Origin: Leucoraja ocellata
Taxonomy: Eukaryota
NCBI GenBank assembly: GCA_036785375.1
Contig: JAWMAR010000036.1
Location: 620,001-684,000 of the forward strand
Direction: 5' to 3'
Length of the DNA stretch: 64,000 nt
Position 1 is the stretch's first letter. Each line of letters begins with the position of its first letter. The position numbers and the translations under genes are program-made. Below the pieces are notes generated by a model. It did not search any database and was not told where the DNA came from. It saw only the letters and a program-made list of their open reading frames with translations. Shown here in pieces: positions 1 through 12,505 of the stretch.

Positions 1-485
1 CTTATCCTCCTGCGCTCCATGGAATAGAGACCCAGCCTACTCAACCTCTGCCTATAGCTCACACCCTCTAGCCCTGGCAACATCCTCGTAAATATTTTCT
101 GACCCCTTTAAAGCTTGACAATATCTTTCCTATAACTTGGTGCCCAAAATTGAACACAAGATTCTAAATACGGTCTCACCAACGTCTTATACAACTGCAA
201 CATGACCTCCCAACTTCTATACTCAATACTCTGACATGATGAAGGCCAAAATGCCAAAATACTTTTTGACCACCTTATCTACCTGCGACTCGACCTTTAA
301 GGAACCATGCACCTGTACTCCTAGATCCCTCTGCTCTACAACACTACCCAGGGGCCTAACACTTACTGTGTAGGGCCTGCCCTTGTTCGATGTCCCAAAA
401 TGTAACACCTCACACTTCTCTGTCCATCAACCATTCCTCTACCTACCTGGCCAATCAATCCAGATTCTGCTGCAATCTTTCACAA
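1..485 (-). mobile_element. CR1-type LINE, decayed RT C-terminal fragment
   Basis: Minus-strand ORF 223-408 (LHFG..N...YTV...LGSVVEQRDLGVQVHGSLKVESQVDKVVKK..GILAFI) is typical CR1 ORF2 C-terminal sequence; interrupted by stops. Confidence 0.85.
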
Positions 486-523
486 CCTGCAAAGCCACTC
501 AGTTTTGTATTATTCTACTACAG

Positions 524-620
524 TTGTCCTGTGATGTAAAACTGGATCCACGACCTGAATATCACCGCTGTATTTTGACTTGGCACCACCAGGAACCATT
601 GCCCTGGGCACAGAGTACAG
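524..620 (+). CDS. GPHN: Gephyrin penultimate coding exon (E domain, MoeA-like)
   Basis: Acceptor tattctactacAG at 522-523 and donor GTGAGA at 621. The 97 bp encode [32 protein letters not shown]+G (phase 1), matching the vertebrate gephyrin C-terminal region. Confidence 0.97.
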
Positions 621-1668
621 GTGAGAATTTTGAAGCTATTACTGAATTGTAGCATATTCTAAAATAATAATATATCGTGAGATAAAGGTTTCATTAAAGA
701 ACTATAGCTGATGTTTGTGGTTATGAACTGCAACATATTGTATGATTATTTATCCATTTGGAACATACAGGTAATGGCTAATTTTGGCTGCCACTTTGGT
801 TTACTTGGAGACTGTTCTAATTAGCAAATGCAATGTCCCTTGGGTTCCTGTCCTTTTAGAACACAATCCATTTACCCAATGACAGGACGGCCAAAAAATG
901 GTCAGTCAAAGACTTCCACGGAGGCGTCCAGTTGCTGTTTATGGATATCGATTGATGTCGTTGTTGGAGATGAATGAAGAATTTTTCCAGTGACAATCTA
1001 CCAGTTTCACTACGGAACATAAATAGTGTCATGAATATTGATAACCTGCCTGGCTCATTTATTTGGTAAACAGATCTAGGGACTGAAGTTCTGATTTTCC
1101 AATGAATTTACATGTAGATTGCTGGTGCAATATGGCCAGTACTATACACTGCCTATTATATGAAGCAATAATATTCATTTCTATATATTGTAATTTCTAT
1201 TCCATTTCTTGGAGCCAAAGAAGGCACCACTTTTCTTCACCAGACCCCACCTTCATCAAATGATTACTGCTAATCATTGAAATAAAATTTAAAGATAAAT
1301 GTACAAGCATTTATCTTAATATGTTTATTTTATTTTATAAACAAATCAAAGCATTGACAGTATTTTACCTGGGTTAAAATCAACATCACTATACAACTGA
1401 AGTTAGCCTGAGAAACACTGAAGACAGCTACATATTGAGATAAAGTGAGCTTTCTTGATTTTGGCTATTGCATTGAAAACCTTATGAAAGAAAGTGCAGA
1501 GCAGGCCAGAAGTGCAATGTCTCCAGGGCATCAGGAGGCCTTGCAAACAAACATCCAGAAGGCAATGGAAATGAATAATCAGAAAGGTTATTACCAAGAG
1601 TCAAAGCTACCTTTGTCTACTTGCGTCACCACTTTTTGGAGAACTGTAGTTGTACCTCTATGTCTCTC

Positions 1669-2932
1669 AGCCATATCTGAGAAGAAGCTCTGATGGTCTC
1701 TGTGAGTGAGCTCGCGTGCATTTGGAAGACACCCCCTTCAACCATTCTCATCCAAATAGCGGCTAGGGTGCTAATTACCTGAAAGATTTGAAAATCTGCC
1801 GTTACAATGGAGGAATTACAAAAATAATGTTATCAAAACTTGTGGATTAAACTAAGTGGGCTCTATTCTACAGCATTCCCCGGGACCCTATATTTCACCG
1901 TGTATATTCTGCCCTGGTTTAACTTCCCAAAATACATTCCTTTATACGTGTCTGAGTTACATTCCATCTGCCATTTCTTTGTCCAGTTTACCAAGTTTTT
2001 TGGTGTGCACTTTCAAACTTCTGTGCATTCTGCCAGATGAGAACAGAGAGAAGAAGGAATGACTGGGGTGGGACAAGTCTTTGATTATGTTGTCTGCTAG
2101 TCCAAGATGTTAATGGTGGGAAATCTGATATATGTGAAGTACCAGGCTACATCTCCAACTTGAGGTCTTGGGCAGAGCTGTTCCCAAAATAGCAATGTGC
2201 TTTCCATGGTACATCTGTAGAAGTCTGCAAGAGACAATGGAACAATTTAATTTTTACTTGCAGCAGTTTAACAAGTCTGCAAATGCAATAATATACAGAT
2301 AATATATAATAATCAAAACTATAGTAAATTAATTCTGGAACGTTAATAGGACAAGAAAAACAAAAATTCATAGTGCAATTAAAGACAGAGTGGATAGAAG
2401 GTCAAAGTTGCTGAGGATAGTGTTGTTTAGTGTCCAGTAGCCTGATGGTTGCTGGAAAGAAGCTGTTCTTGAACCTGGTGGTCAGGGTTATCAGGCCTTC
2501 CCGATGGCAGGAAGGAAATGAGACCATGGGCTGGGTGGTATGGATCTTTGATGACATTGGCTGCGTTATTAAGTCAACGTCTCTTACAGATCCTTTTACT
2601 GGTGGGAAAGTCAGTATCTGTGATGGTCACTGAGGCAGTATATAGCAAAAGTAATGTTAAATGGTTGGTGAATTGGGAAACATGCCTGTGAATAATAGAG
2701 ATTGATAAGTGAGTGGAATTAAGGAAATAGCATGAGTTTGCCCACTTAGTTTAATCCACAAGTTTTGATAACATTATTTTTGTAATTCCTCCATTGTAAC
2801 GGCAGATTTTCAAATCTTTCAGGTAATTAGCACCCTAGCCGCTATTTGGATGAGCATGGTTGAAGGGGGTGTCTTCCAAATGCATGCGAGCTCACTCACA
2901 GAGACCATCAGAGCTTCTTCTCAGACATGGCT
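1669..2932. repeat. Long inverted repeat, arms 1669-1861 and 2740-2932 (193 bp each, 878-bp spacer)
   Basis: Arms are reverse complements with 3 mismatches found by manual comparison; lies within the last GPHN intron. Confidence 0.95.
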
Positions 2933-3434
2933 TCAAAACACAGTCTTTTGATGAATAAATGCTTTATTGTTGATAGAAAACAGTGAGATACATCCAAATT
3001 TCTTCCGACTCGTTACACCAATCTTCTTCAAACTCCAGCTTATTACTTTAGACATTAGAAAACTCCTTGTGTCTCTGTAACACTGGCAAGATCTGGCATG
3101 TGGCCTGCATGGCCCGCATGATCCCGCATGGTAGAAGGGTTAACCTTCCCCATCGGCTCTCCAAACAAATCTAAAAACCTAGACTTCTGAGCAAGCATCT
3201 AAGCTCCAAACACACCCAAAAGCACATCATAAATCCCACACAATATAACGGGCAGTCTAAAATTTGAAGGCACATGCCATCATCAATGGCATGCAAAACA
3301 GGCCAAATGGCCACTACATCCATCACTGCCAATGAAGATGAAAGGTCATTAACCTGAAATTACTTCAGATGCAGTCTGCTTGTACTGCATTTTCTGTTCT
3401 GGTTCCATCTGCAATGATTTTCTCCTAGATTTAA

Positions 3435-3593
<159 letters not shown>

Positions 3594-4545
3594 TGTCACC
3601 ACAAGAGGAGGGTTGGTGCATGTCTACATATCATTGACTCTATCCTGTAATGGAACGGCACCGTTAGTTTTAAATGACTTGGATAAAATTGACCAATGTT
3701 GTTGAGATCTTGAAGTAGTTTCAAAAAGAAATCAGATAAAGTAAATGAAACGGGAGAGAGAGAAAAGAAATCCATTGAATCCATTCTGTATCATATCCAG
3801 GGCAAAGTTTCTCTTTCATTACAGTTGCTTTGTGTGTTTAATGCCAGGTCTAATAGCAGTAGCTTTTGATAGACAGCAGTAGGTGCCTGCTAAACTTGTG
3901 TTTTCTCATCCTCAGATACAGATACTTATGCTACTAGCAAGGCTGTCTGCTTACTTTATACCAGCTTAGATAAACACAGCTATTATCCTTATTAGTACGC
4001 AACATAATTGCTTCACAAAGAGCTTTGCTTGTTCTTTATCTTGTATCTTGTGTTCATGTGCTCAGTGCCAAAAGCAGAGTGGCTGGACTGGACTGGATCG
4101 GTATATTACCCTTTCAGTGCCATCGTCTGGGACATTTCTCAGAAGCCACCTGTCTCAGCTGACCACCTAGTTGGACAGGAATTGGAAATCTTTCGTTTGA
4201 ACAAAGAAATTGCTTCCTTAAGTGCTGACAGCCTTTTTACCAATTTAAAAAAAAAGTGTACAGTAATACAAAGATTGATATTGTACAGATAATAGTGTAC
4301 CAGCAAATCATGTGGTAATTCCTAGCAATGAAAGACATTTAACAACACTGTACCATAACATTTTCTGTAATGATATTAAATATTAATAAAAATCTTTGAT
4401 CATTGTTAAAATTTATCTGAGAAGATATTCAATGTTTTTAAAAGAAACATTTCTCGCTGTGTTGTGCCGTAGTTACATTGTCACGGTGCAATTTGGAAAA
4501 TAGCTTTGAAATTTTACACTCAATAAATCTGTTCTTTTTTTATTG
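3594..4545 (+). other. GPHN: GPHN 3' UTR with polyadenylation signals
   Basis: Repeat-free sequence after the stop; AATAAA at 4385-4390 and 4522-4527, each followed by U/GU-rich sequence. Confidence 0.8.
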
Positions 4546-4984
4546 TGCATTGCTATTAAGGAACACCTTCTCCAATGCCAAGAGAGTTTAGATGCCTTAG
4601 GACTACTGATATGTCTACAGTTTTCATTATTATGCTCTTTCCAATTGTAATTTCACTAAGGTGAGCAGAACATGTACTAGAAAGAGAAAAGGATATTTTT
4701 TAACTTCACACTTTCCTCGATAGTTGCTTTTTGTCAGTAACAATCAACAAATTGATTCTCCCTCATTCTTGTCCAATATAAATTTAAAACGATTAATTTT
4801 GAATTTCAGTTTTACTTGTAGAATAAAAAGAACATTTAATATCAGTCTAAATATTGCAATTGGGAAAGTCTCATCACCAATGTATTGTATTCACAGGATG
4901 AGGATAAGGAGGTTAATTCCATCACATCTATCCATGGAGCATCATCACCATTATGCTGCCGACATTCATTCATAGTGAAGTACA

Positions 4985-5640
4985 TTAACAAAGAGAAGTG
5001 CAGAGTGATACATTTTGATCGACAGGAAGTGAGTAGGTTACCCTGAACTAAAGTTTAACAGCAGAAACCTAGCCATGTTTGGACAACATCTTTGACAGTA
5101 GCAGTACCTGTTAGGAAGGCCTCATTAGAAATGTATATGGGATAATTTGCTTTATCTATAGAGTACAAAAGCATGGAGCTCCATGACAAATTTAGATTAG
5201 TAATGTTGGATCCCAGCTGCAGTGATGTTCAATTTTCTGCAGCACCCTGAGGAAGGATGCCATGGCCATGATGTGAAAGAGACGGCGACGAAGGACTTTA
5301 GTCATGTGGAAACACTCAATGGTTCTCTTTCAAGATGAAAAGGTTAAGTACATTTTTGAGAGTGGTGTTCAAAATCCAGGTAATGTTTGACAGAATTAAT
5401 CAAAAGATTCCTTTTTCTTCTTTTAAACAAGGTCAGTAGATTGGTAAAAAGAACCCAAAGAACAATTTAAGAAATGTTCACATGGCAAATTGCTGCAACT
5501 TCCTGAAAAGACAGGGGAAGGAGATTCAATGGTAACATTCAAAACAGAATTATACAATTACTAGAAGAATAAAACAAAATACAAAAATGTGGGGAGAAAA
5601 GCAGTACCATCAGCAATAATTGGGTAGTTAGCACACTATG
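4985..5640 (+). mobile_element. Old degenerate CR1 LINE 3' fragment
   Basis: Remnants of CR1 C-terminal motifs (atagagtacaaaagca, aggaaggatg) at high divergence. Confidence 0.55.
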
Positions 5641-6249
5641 GGTCACATAACCTATTTTTTCCTCCTGTGATGTTCATTTACTTCTCACAGTGTGTAGATT
5701 TTTAGGTATTGTGAGGTTTACCCCTATATCTTGAAATGTTCCAATGTATTGTTATTCCTTTGTCAAGCACTTCCTGTAATCCGATATAGATTGCTTTCCA
5801 ATTACTATTTCTCTTTTCAGGTACCAAAGAATGACTATTGAAAGTAACAACTTCTGTTCTACAAAGCCATAAAATGGCATTTCATTGGCAGCTTCCCATT
5901 GTGCATCAGTGTCTTTGTGCGACGTTGAAGATAACACAAGGAAAGGAAAACATTTGGCAAATATTAGAATAAATTACTAAATAAATAGGAATTGGGGTCT
6001 AGGCCAAGTAAGGGGAAATAAGAACAACACAAAAAAAAGATGCAGAGTGTAGTAGGAAGGAACTGCAGATGCTGGTTTAAACTGAAGATAGACACAATAA
6101 GCTGGAGGTTGGGCACTTGACCCTATGCTCTGACTAATATTTCCTCATCACTATTTTTCTCCACTAACCCATAGCCTTTGGGTCTCTTTCATACAAAAAC
6201 ATGTTCCTCTGGGATGCATAGAGGTATTGGTCCTTGAGCTTACTTTGGG

Positions 6250-7075
6250 CCTCATTATAACAGTGTCGGAGGTTACAGGCAGAGAGGTGAGAGTGGGAGT
6301 GTCATGGTAAATTAAAATGGCAGGCAAAAGCATCTCAGATTCACTTCCGCAGATTGAGCGAAGGCTTTTTGTAAAACAATCGCCTAGTATTTGGTTTCTC
6401 CATTGTAGAGAAAGCCGCAATAGTAATCAACATCGAAAATAGTACACTAAATTGGAGGGAGTACAAATGACCTGTTGCTCCACCTGGTTTGAACAGGTGT
6501 TGCATCTCCTCCTGTTCCATGGTAACGTACAATGGGCCAGGAAGTGGCGTGATGGAAGAGTCAATTGGGGAATTGTGAAGTAATTCCCTGTGGAATTCAG
6601 AAAATGAAGAGAGGAGCAGATGTGACTGGTGGTAGGATCACGCTGGATCTGGCAGAAATTGTAAGGGATAAAACGTTGGATCTTTGAACTATTCCAGGAG
6701 ATGAGGGTGAAAGCGGACATACAGGAAATTGAAGAAATGCAGTTGAGTGCTCCATGTGCAATGCAGAAGGGAAACCACATTTCAGGAAAATGGAGGATAC
6801 TTTAGAAGCACCAGAACTGAAGGTGTCTTCATTGGAACAACTATGGCTGAGATGAAGAAACTGAGAAAAATAATTGACATTCGCACACAAGGGGGAGTGA
6901 AATGACATATACTCAAATAAAGCTGCAGGAGTCTGGGGAGCCTTGTGAAGGATGTTAGTAGTTAGCCTATCTCCTGAGATGGACACAGAGTGATCCAGAA
7001 ATGGAAGGATAATGTCAGAGATGAATTACATAAATGTGATAACAGGGTGGAAATTGGCAACACAAGTGATAAAGT
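6250..7075 (-). mobile_element. Degenerate Penelope-like element (RT C-terminus and GIY-YIG remnant)
   Basis: ORF 6597-6986 (LTTNILHK...SQFLHLSHSCSNEDTF...FLKCGFPS) and 6427-6780 (PWNRRRCNTC...FTCTPSNLVY-like) are homologous to the younger Penelope copy at 24391-25200. Confidence 0.8.
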
Positions 7076-7789
7076 AAATGCTCATCTACAGTTTAATTTT
7101 TTTTCTCTGTTATCCATGTCAGGCTAAGTGGTTTGCTGTGTTTTTCTTCCCTTTATCTCCTTTCTTAAACATGGGAATTATGGAAGATGCATCCACTATC
7201 TCCAGCACCATCTCTTTCAAAACATAGGATTGCAGGTTATCACATGGTGGTGATTTATCAGCCCTCTGCCACATTTATTCCTCCAATGTTTTGCTTAAGT
7301 AAAGCTATTTGTTTTTCATCCAGTCTAAACCTATTCTCCATGATATCTCGGAGGATTTTTGCCTTCACAGTAAATAGATATAACATGCTTGTTTAATTTC
7401 TTCTGTTTGCTAATAAACGCATCCTTTCCTTTCTATATTCATAGAGAGGCTTCAGCAGTTTATATGTTGCTTGTGATCCGCCTAACATTTTCAAATCAAT
7501 TTCTTGGTCCTTTGCTGTAATGTGAAATTTACCTAATTGCAAGGATTACTGCTCTTTTTGAAACAACTTTCCTTTCATCTGATACTTTCTTGGTATCCAT
7601 GGCTAGACCACTGCACCTGTTGGGATTCTGTTCATTTAAGGTTCTTATATTTACTGTAAATTATGTATTAATTCTTTAATGTTAGTCATTGAATGTTTAC
7701 CATATGCCTTATAATGTAGTTAACCAATCTATCATAACCAACTTTATTAAGATTCAAGATCCTGTAGGATTCTTTGTTGATTCCCCATG

Positions 7790-8885
7790 CCACTTCAGAC
7801 ATCCTGGTAAACTAAAAAGCATTTGAATAAAATGTGCGAAAATATCATCCATTTCACTGTCTATATTCCCATCAGTTTCGAATGAGACTGCATCAAGAAG
7901 TTGCTGGAGAGGATTCTGAGGAATTGGATATACATGCATTTGGATAGACCTGGGCTGATTAGAGATAGTCAGCATTGTTTTGGCCCTGGGAGAACTTGTT
8001 GAGTTTTTTTAAGTCAACAAAAAGGTTGATGAGGGTAAAGCCATGGACGTGGTCTATATGAACTTCAGCAAGTCATATGATAAGGTTCTGCATGGCAGGC
8101 TGTTCTGGAAATTTAGATCGCATGAGATCCTGGAGAGCTAGCCACTGGATAGAGAATTGGCTTCATGGAAGGAAGCCGAGGTTGACGTTGGAAGGTTTCT
8201 TTTCCAACTGGAGGACTCTGACTTTCAGTGTGTCTGAGGAATCAGTGCTGGGCCCATTGCTGTTTGTGGTTTATATGTATGACTTGGATGAGAATGAAGA
8301 AGGCGTGATTAGTAAGTTTGCAGATGACACTTACAGCAGGAATTTGATCAGCTGGATAAGTAGGCTGAGGAATAGTTAATGGAATTTGATGCAGATAAGT
8401 GTGAGGTGTTGCATTTTAGTGAAGTCAAAATAGGGAAGGACCTTCACATTGAATGGCGGGACCCTGGGGAAGGTGTGGAGCTGTAGGACCCAACAGTACA
8501 GGTACATAGTTCCGTGAAAGTGGCATCACAGGTAGCTAGGATGGTCAAAAAGGCTTTCAGTACATTGGCCTTCATCAGTCAGGGTATCGTATGGAAGTTG
8601 GTGAGGCCGCATTTGAAGTATCGTATTCACTTTTGGTCACCCTGCTGAGGAAAGATGTCATTAAGCTGGAAAGAATGCAGAGAAGATAAGACAAGGATGT
8701 TGCCAGGATTTGAGGGCCTGAACTATGGGGAAAGGTTGATAGGCTTGGACTTTATCCCGTTGAGCACAGAAGGCTGACGGGTGAGCATATAGAGATGTTT
8801 AAAATCATGAAGGAGGTAGATAGGGTGAAAACACAGTCTTTTACCCACGTATGGGAATCAAGAACTAGAGGACATAAGTTTAAGA
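7790..8885 (+). mobile_element. CR1 LINE RT region, 5'-truncated and decayed
   Basis: ORF 8077-8379 contains WIENWL...SVLGPLLFVVYMYDLD...ISKFADDT; upstream DVVY.NFSK motif. Confidence 0.9.
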
Positions 8886-9618
8886 AGGAACTGCAGATGC
8901 TGGAAAATCAAAGGTAGACAAAAATGCTGGATGGGCCATTTTTGTCAGCATGGTGTCTGAACACTGCAGGGAGGTTAGATATAAAGAGTTTTTTCTTCCA
9001 GTACCGATTTTTTTTTCCCCCAAGTTAGCTATTTTATTCTGCTTGTTATTTAGAGTAACTTTTAAATTACATTCCAGTTCCAAGTCACATTACAACCAAT
9101 TCTGCCCAAGTAATACAAATGGTGTTCCCTAATTCATCATTCATATTACATTTAATTTGTGTCATGGAAATAAGCATTGAAGCAAAACTATCTGAAGACA
9201 CTAAGGGGATTTCATAATGCAGAATTTTCAAAGGTGATTTCAGAATACAACGTTTCACAGATTTTGGGAACAATGCATCCAAAGTGTGCATTGATAATCC
9301 CAAGACAATCCTCTTTTCAGTTTAAAACTAGTTGATCACAGGAGTTGCTTCTAAACATTGCATACAGTGCATTCAGAAAATATTCAGACCCCTTTACTTT
9401 TTCCACATTTTGTTAACATTACAGCCTTATTCTAAAATGGATTAAATTCATTTTTTTGATCATCAATCTACACACAATACCCCATAATAAAAAAGCGAAA
9501 ACAGGTATTTAGAAATGTTTGCAAAGTAATTAAAAAGAAATAAATGAAATATCACATTTACGTAAGTAAGCAGACCCCTTACTCAGTACTCTGTTGAGGC
9601 ACCTTTGGCAGCGATTAC

Positions 9619-10936
9619 CAGGCACGTGCGGTGAGGTCAATGGCTGGGGAGGCACTGGCTAGTATCAGTGGCCCGGCCCTCCCTGTATTGATCACCGCAT
9701 CTCCCCGAGGAGAGAGAGAGGTGTGCAGCCGTGGCTGGGAGGAAAGGNNNNNNNNNNNNNNNNNNNNNNNNNNNNNNNNNNNNNNNNNNNNNNNNNNNNN
9801 NNNNNNNNNNNNNNNNNNNNNNNNNNNNNNNNNNNNNNNNNNNNNNNNNNNNNNNNNNNNNNNNNNNNNNNNNNNNNNNNNNNNNNNNNNNNNNNNNNGG
9901 GAGAGAGATGGAAGGGAGAGAAAGGAGAGAGAGAGAGAATGGGGAGAGAGAGAGAAGTGGTAGAGAGAGAGAAGGGAGAGAGGAACGATGGCACGTTATA
10001 ACCCGCAGTCGTCCCATTCTGACCGCCGCCGAACCCCCCCACCGCACCATTGCACCCTCTTCACTGCGGCTCAGTGATGTCTCGGCTGACAATTTGAGGG
10101 ATCTAACCGTTAACAACACGAAGAGCAGCCACGGGCCGCCGCGCTTCCCGACTCGAATCTGAGCTTGAAAAATCAAGTGGGCCTGATGTGTCCCGCGGGC
10201 CATATTTTGGAGACTCCTGCCTTGAACTAAACAAAAATGTATAGAAGTACAAAAATTGATGACTTTATTATTGTGATGTATAGATCTTTTTTTTTTTTAA
10301 TCGAATAACTTTCTAATGTACCGACAAAGTCTACCTTCCCAAGTGGCGTATCTTGTTCCGCTCCATGATCTTTGGTCTGCGCCGCCGCTGCTGAAGCTAG
10401 CTAACGTGACGTAACGCCAATTGACGCTCGCTCTTCCTCCACTGGGCTCAAGACATGCCCCCTTGTGAGGCAGACGTGATCGCTGCCTCCCCTGGAGCTT
10501 TTTCAATTAAGTTTTATGTGAGACCAGCGAGCACAAATTTAATATCTTTATATGTGAAATACGTTACCTGGACTATGGAAGGTAAGGACATGTAATGAAG
10601 GGGTTTACAAACATTACTTTGGTGACATACATAGAGATGGTAACAGGCACACGCTTATTGCCCGCGCTCCATGCAGTTTCTAAGGGGTTGCACAATCAAA
10701 GGGGAGGCTCAGCTCGTCGCTGCCTCACCTCTCATCTCTCCATGTATGTGCAAAATTTTGCGATTTTTACTATAAAAAATGATTAGATTCATATAGAAAT
10801 TACATTTATAACAGATCAGTGGAAAAATCTTAATATTTATTTTATTTTATTATTATTTTTCTTTACTTTTCTTGACAGCAATTTTCATTGGGAGTATGAC
10901 AGGTGAGGCTCTGCCTCCCCTGACCGCACGTCCCTG
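9619..10936. mobile_element. Non-autonomous hAT element inserted in the Tc1
   Basis: TIRs CAGGCACGTGCGGTGAGG and CAGGGACGTGCGGTCAGG (16/18); 8-bp TSD GCGATTAC (9611-9618) and GAGATTAC (10937-10944); Tc1 sequence resumes exactly after it. Confidence 0.85.
9748..9898. other. Assembly gap (N run) within a GA-rich microsatellite
   Basis: 151 Ns flanked by (GA)n-like sequence. Confidence 0.99.
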
Positions 10937-11183
10937 GAGATTACAGCCTCAAGTCTTCTTGGGTATGACGCTACAAGCTTGACACACCTGTATTGGGTAA
11001 TTTCTCCCATTCTTCTCTGCAGATCCTCTCAAGCTCTGTCAGGTTGGATGGGGAGCGTCGATGCACAGCTATTTTCAGGTTCCTCCAGCGATGTTCGATC
11101 GGGTTCAAGAACGGGCTCTTGCCGGGCCACTCAAGGACATTCACATACTTGTCACAAAGCCACTGCTGCGTTGTCTTGGCTGT

Positions 11184-12505
11184 ATAAAAGATGAAATAGC
11201 GGCACATTCGGACAGCAGTAACAGGATCGGTCCAAGTCAGCATGGATTTACGAAGGGGAAATCATGCTTGACTAATCTTCTGGAATTTTTTGAAGATGTA
11301 ACTAGGAAACTGGACAAGGGAGAGCCAGTGGACGTAGTGTACCTGGATCTCAGAAAACATTTGATAAGGTCCCACATAAGAGATTAGTGGGCAAAATTAG
11401 GGTACATGGTATTGGCGGTAGAGTGCTGACATGGATAGAGAAGTGGTTGGCAGACAAGAAACAAAGAGTGAGGATTAACGGGTCCCTTTCAGAATGGCAG
11501 GCAATGACTAGTGTAGTACCGCAAGGCTCGGTGCTGGGACTGCAGCTATTTACAATATATATCAATGATTTAGATGAAGGGATTCAAAGTAACATAAACA
11601 AATTTGCAGATGACACAAAGCTGGGTGGCAGTGTGAACTGTGAGGCGAATGCTATGAAAATGCAGGGTGACTTGGAAAGGCTGGGTGAGTGGCAGATGCA
11701 GTTTAATGTGGATAAATGTGAGGTTATCCACTGGTAGCAAAAACAGGAAGACAGATTATTAACTAAATGGTGTCAAATTGGGAAAAGGGGAAGTACAATG
11801 GGATCTGGAGGTCCTTGTTCATCAGTCAATTAAAGTAAGCATGCAGGTACAGCAGGCAATGAAGTAAGCGAATGGCATGTTGGCCTTCATAACAAGAGGA
11901 GTTGAGTATAGGAGCAAAAAGGTCCTTCTGCAGTTGTGTAGGAACCTAGTGAGACCACACCTGGAGTATTGTGTGCAATTTTGGTCCCCTAATTTGAGGA
12001 AGGACATTCTTGCTATTGAGGGAGTGCAGCGTAGGTTTACAAGCTTAATTTCCGGGGTGACGGGACTCATATGCTGAGAGAATGGAGCAGCTGGGCTTAT
12101 ATACTCTGGAGTTTAGAAGGATGAGAGGGGTTCATTGAAACATATAAGATTATTAAGGGTTTGGACACGCTAGCGGCAGGAAACAAGTTCCCGATGTTGG
12201 GGGAGTCCAGAACCAGGGGCCACAGTTTAAGAATAAGGAGTAAGCCATTTAGAATGGAGATGAGGAAACACATTTTCACACAGAGTTGTGAGTCTGTGGA
12301 ATTCTCTGCCTCAGAGGGCAGCGTTGGCCGGTTCTCTGGATACTTTCAAGAGCGAGCTAGATAGGGCTCTTAAAGATAGCGGAGTCAGGGGATATGGGAA
12401 GAAGGCAGGAATGGGGTACTGATTGGGGATGATCTGCCATGATCATATTGAATGGCGGTGCCGGCTCGAAGGGCTGAATGGCCTACTGCTGCACCTATTG
12501 TCTAT
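11184..12505 (+). mobile_element. Relatively young 5'-truncated CR1 LINE inserted in the Tc1 transposase
   Basis: SQHGFTKGKSCLTNLLEFFEDVT...VDVVYLD, VPQGSVLG...INDLD...KFADDTKLGG, VRPHLEYCVQFWSP, and a CR1 3' UTR ending ggcctactgctgcacctattgtctat. It splits the Tc1 FQQDNDPKH region. Confidence 0.95.

Noticed and set aside
383-652. 89-aa ORF as a standalone gene
   Set aside because: Only 524-620 is real (GPHN exon); the remainder is intron and antisense CR1 read-through.
1445-1693. 82-aa ORF with natural-looking composition in the GPHN intron
   Set aside because: No recognisable domain, non-ATG start and no convincing splice sites; cannot be supported.
9631-10203. ORFs spanning the N run
   Set aside because: Artefacts of the assembly gap and GA microsatellite.
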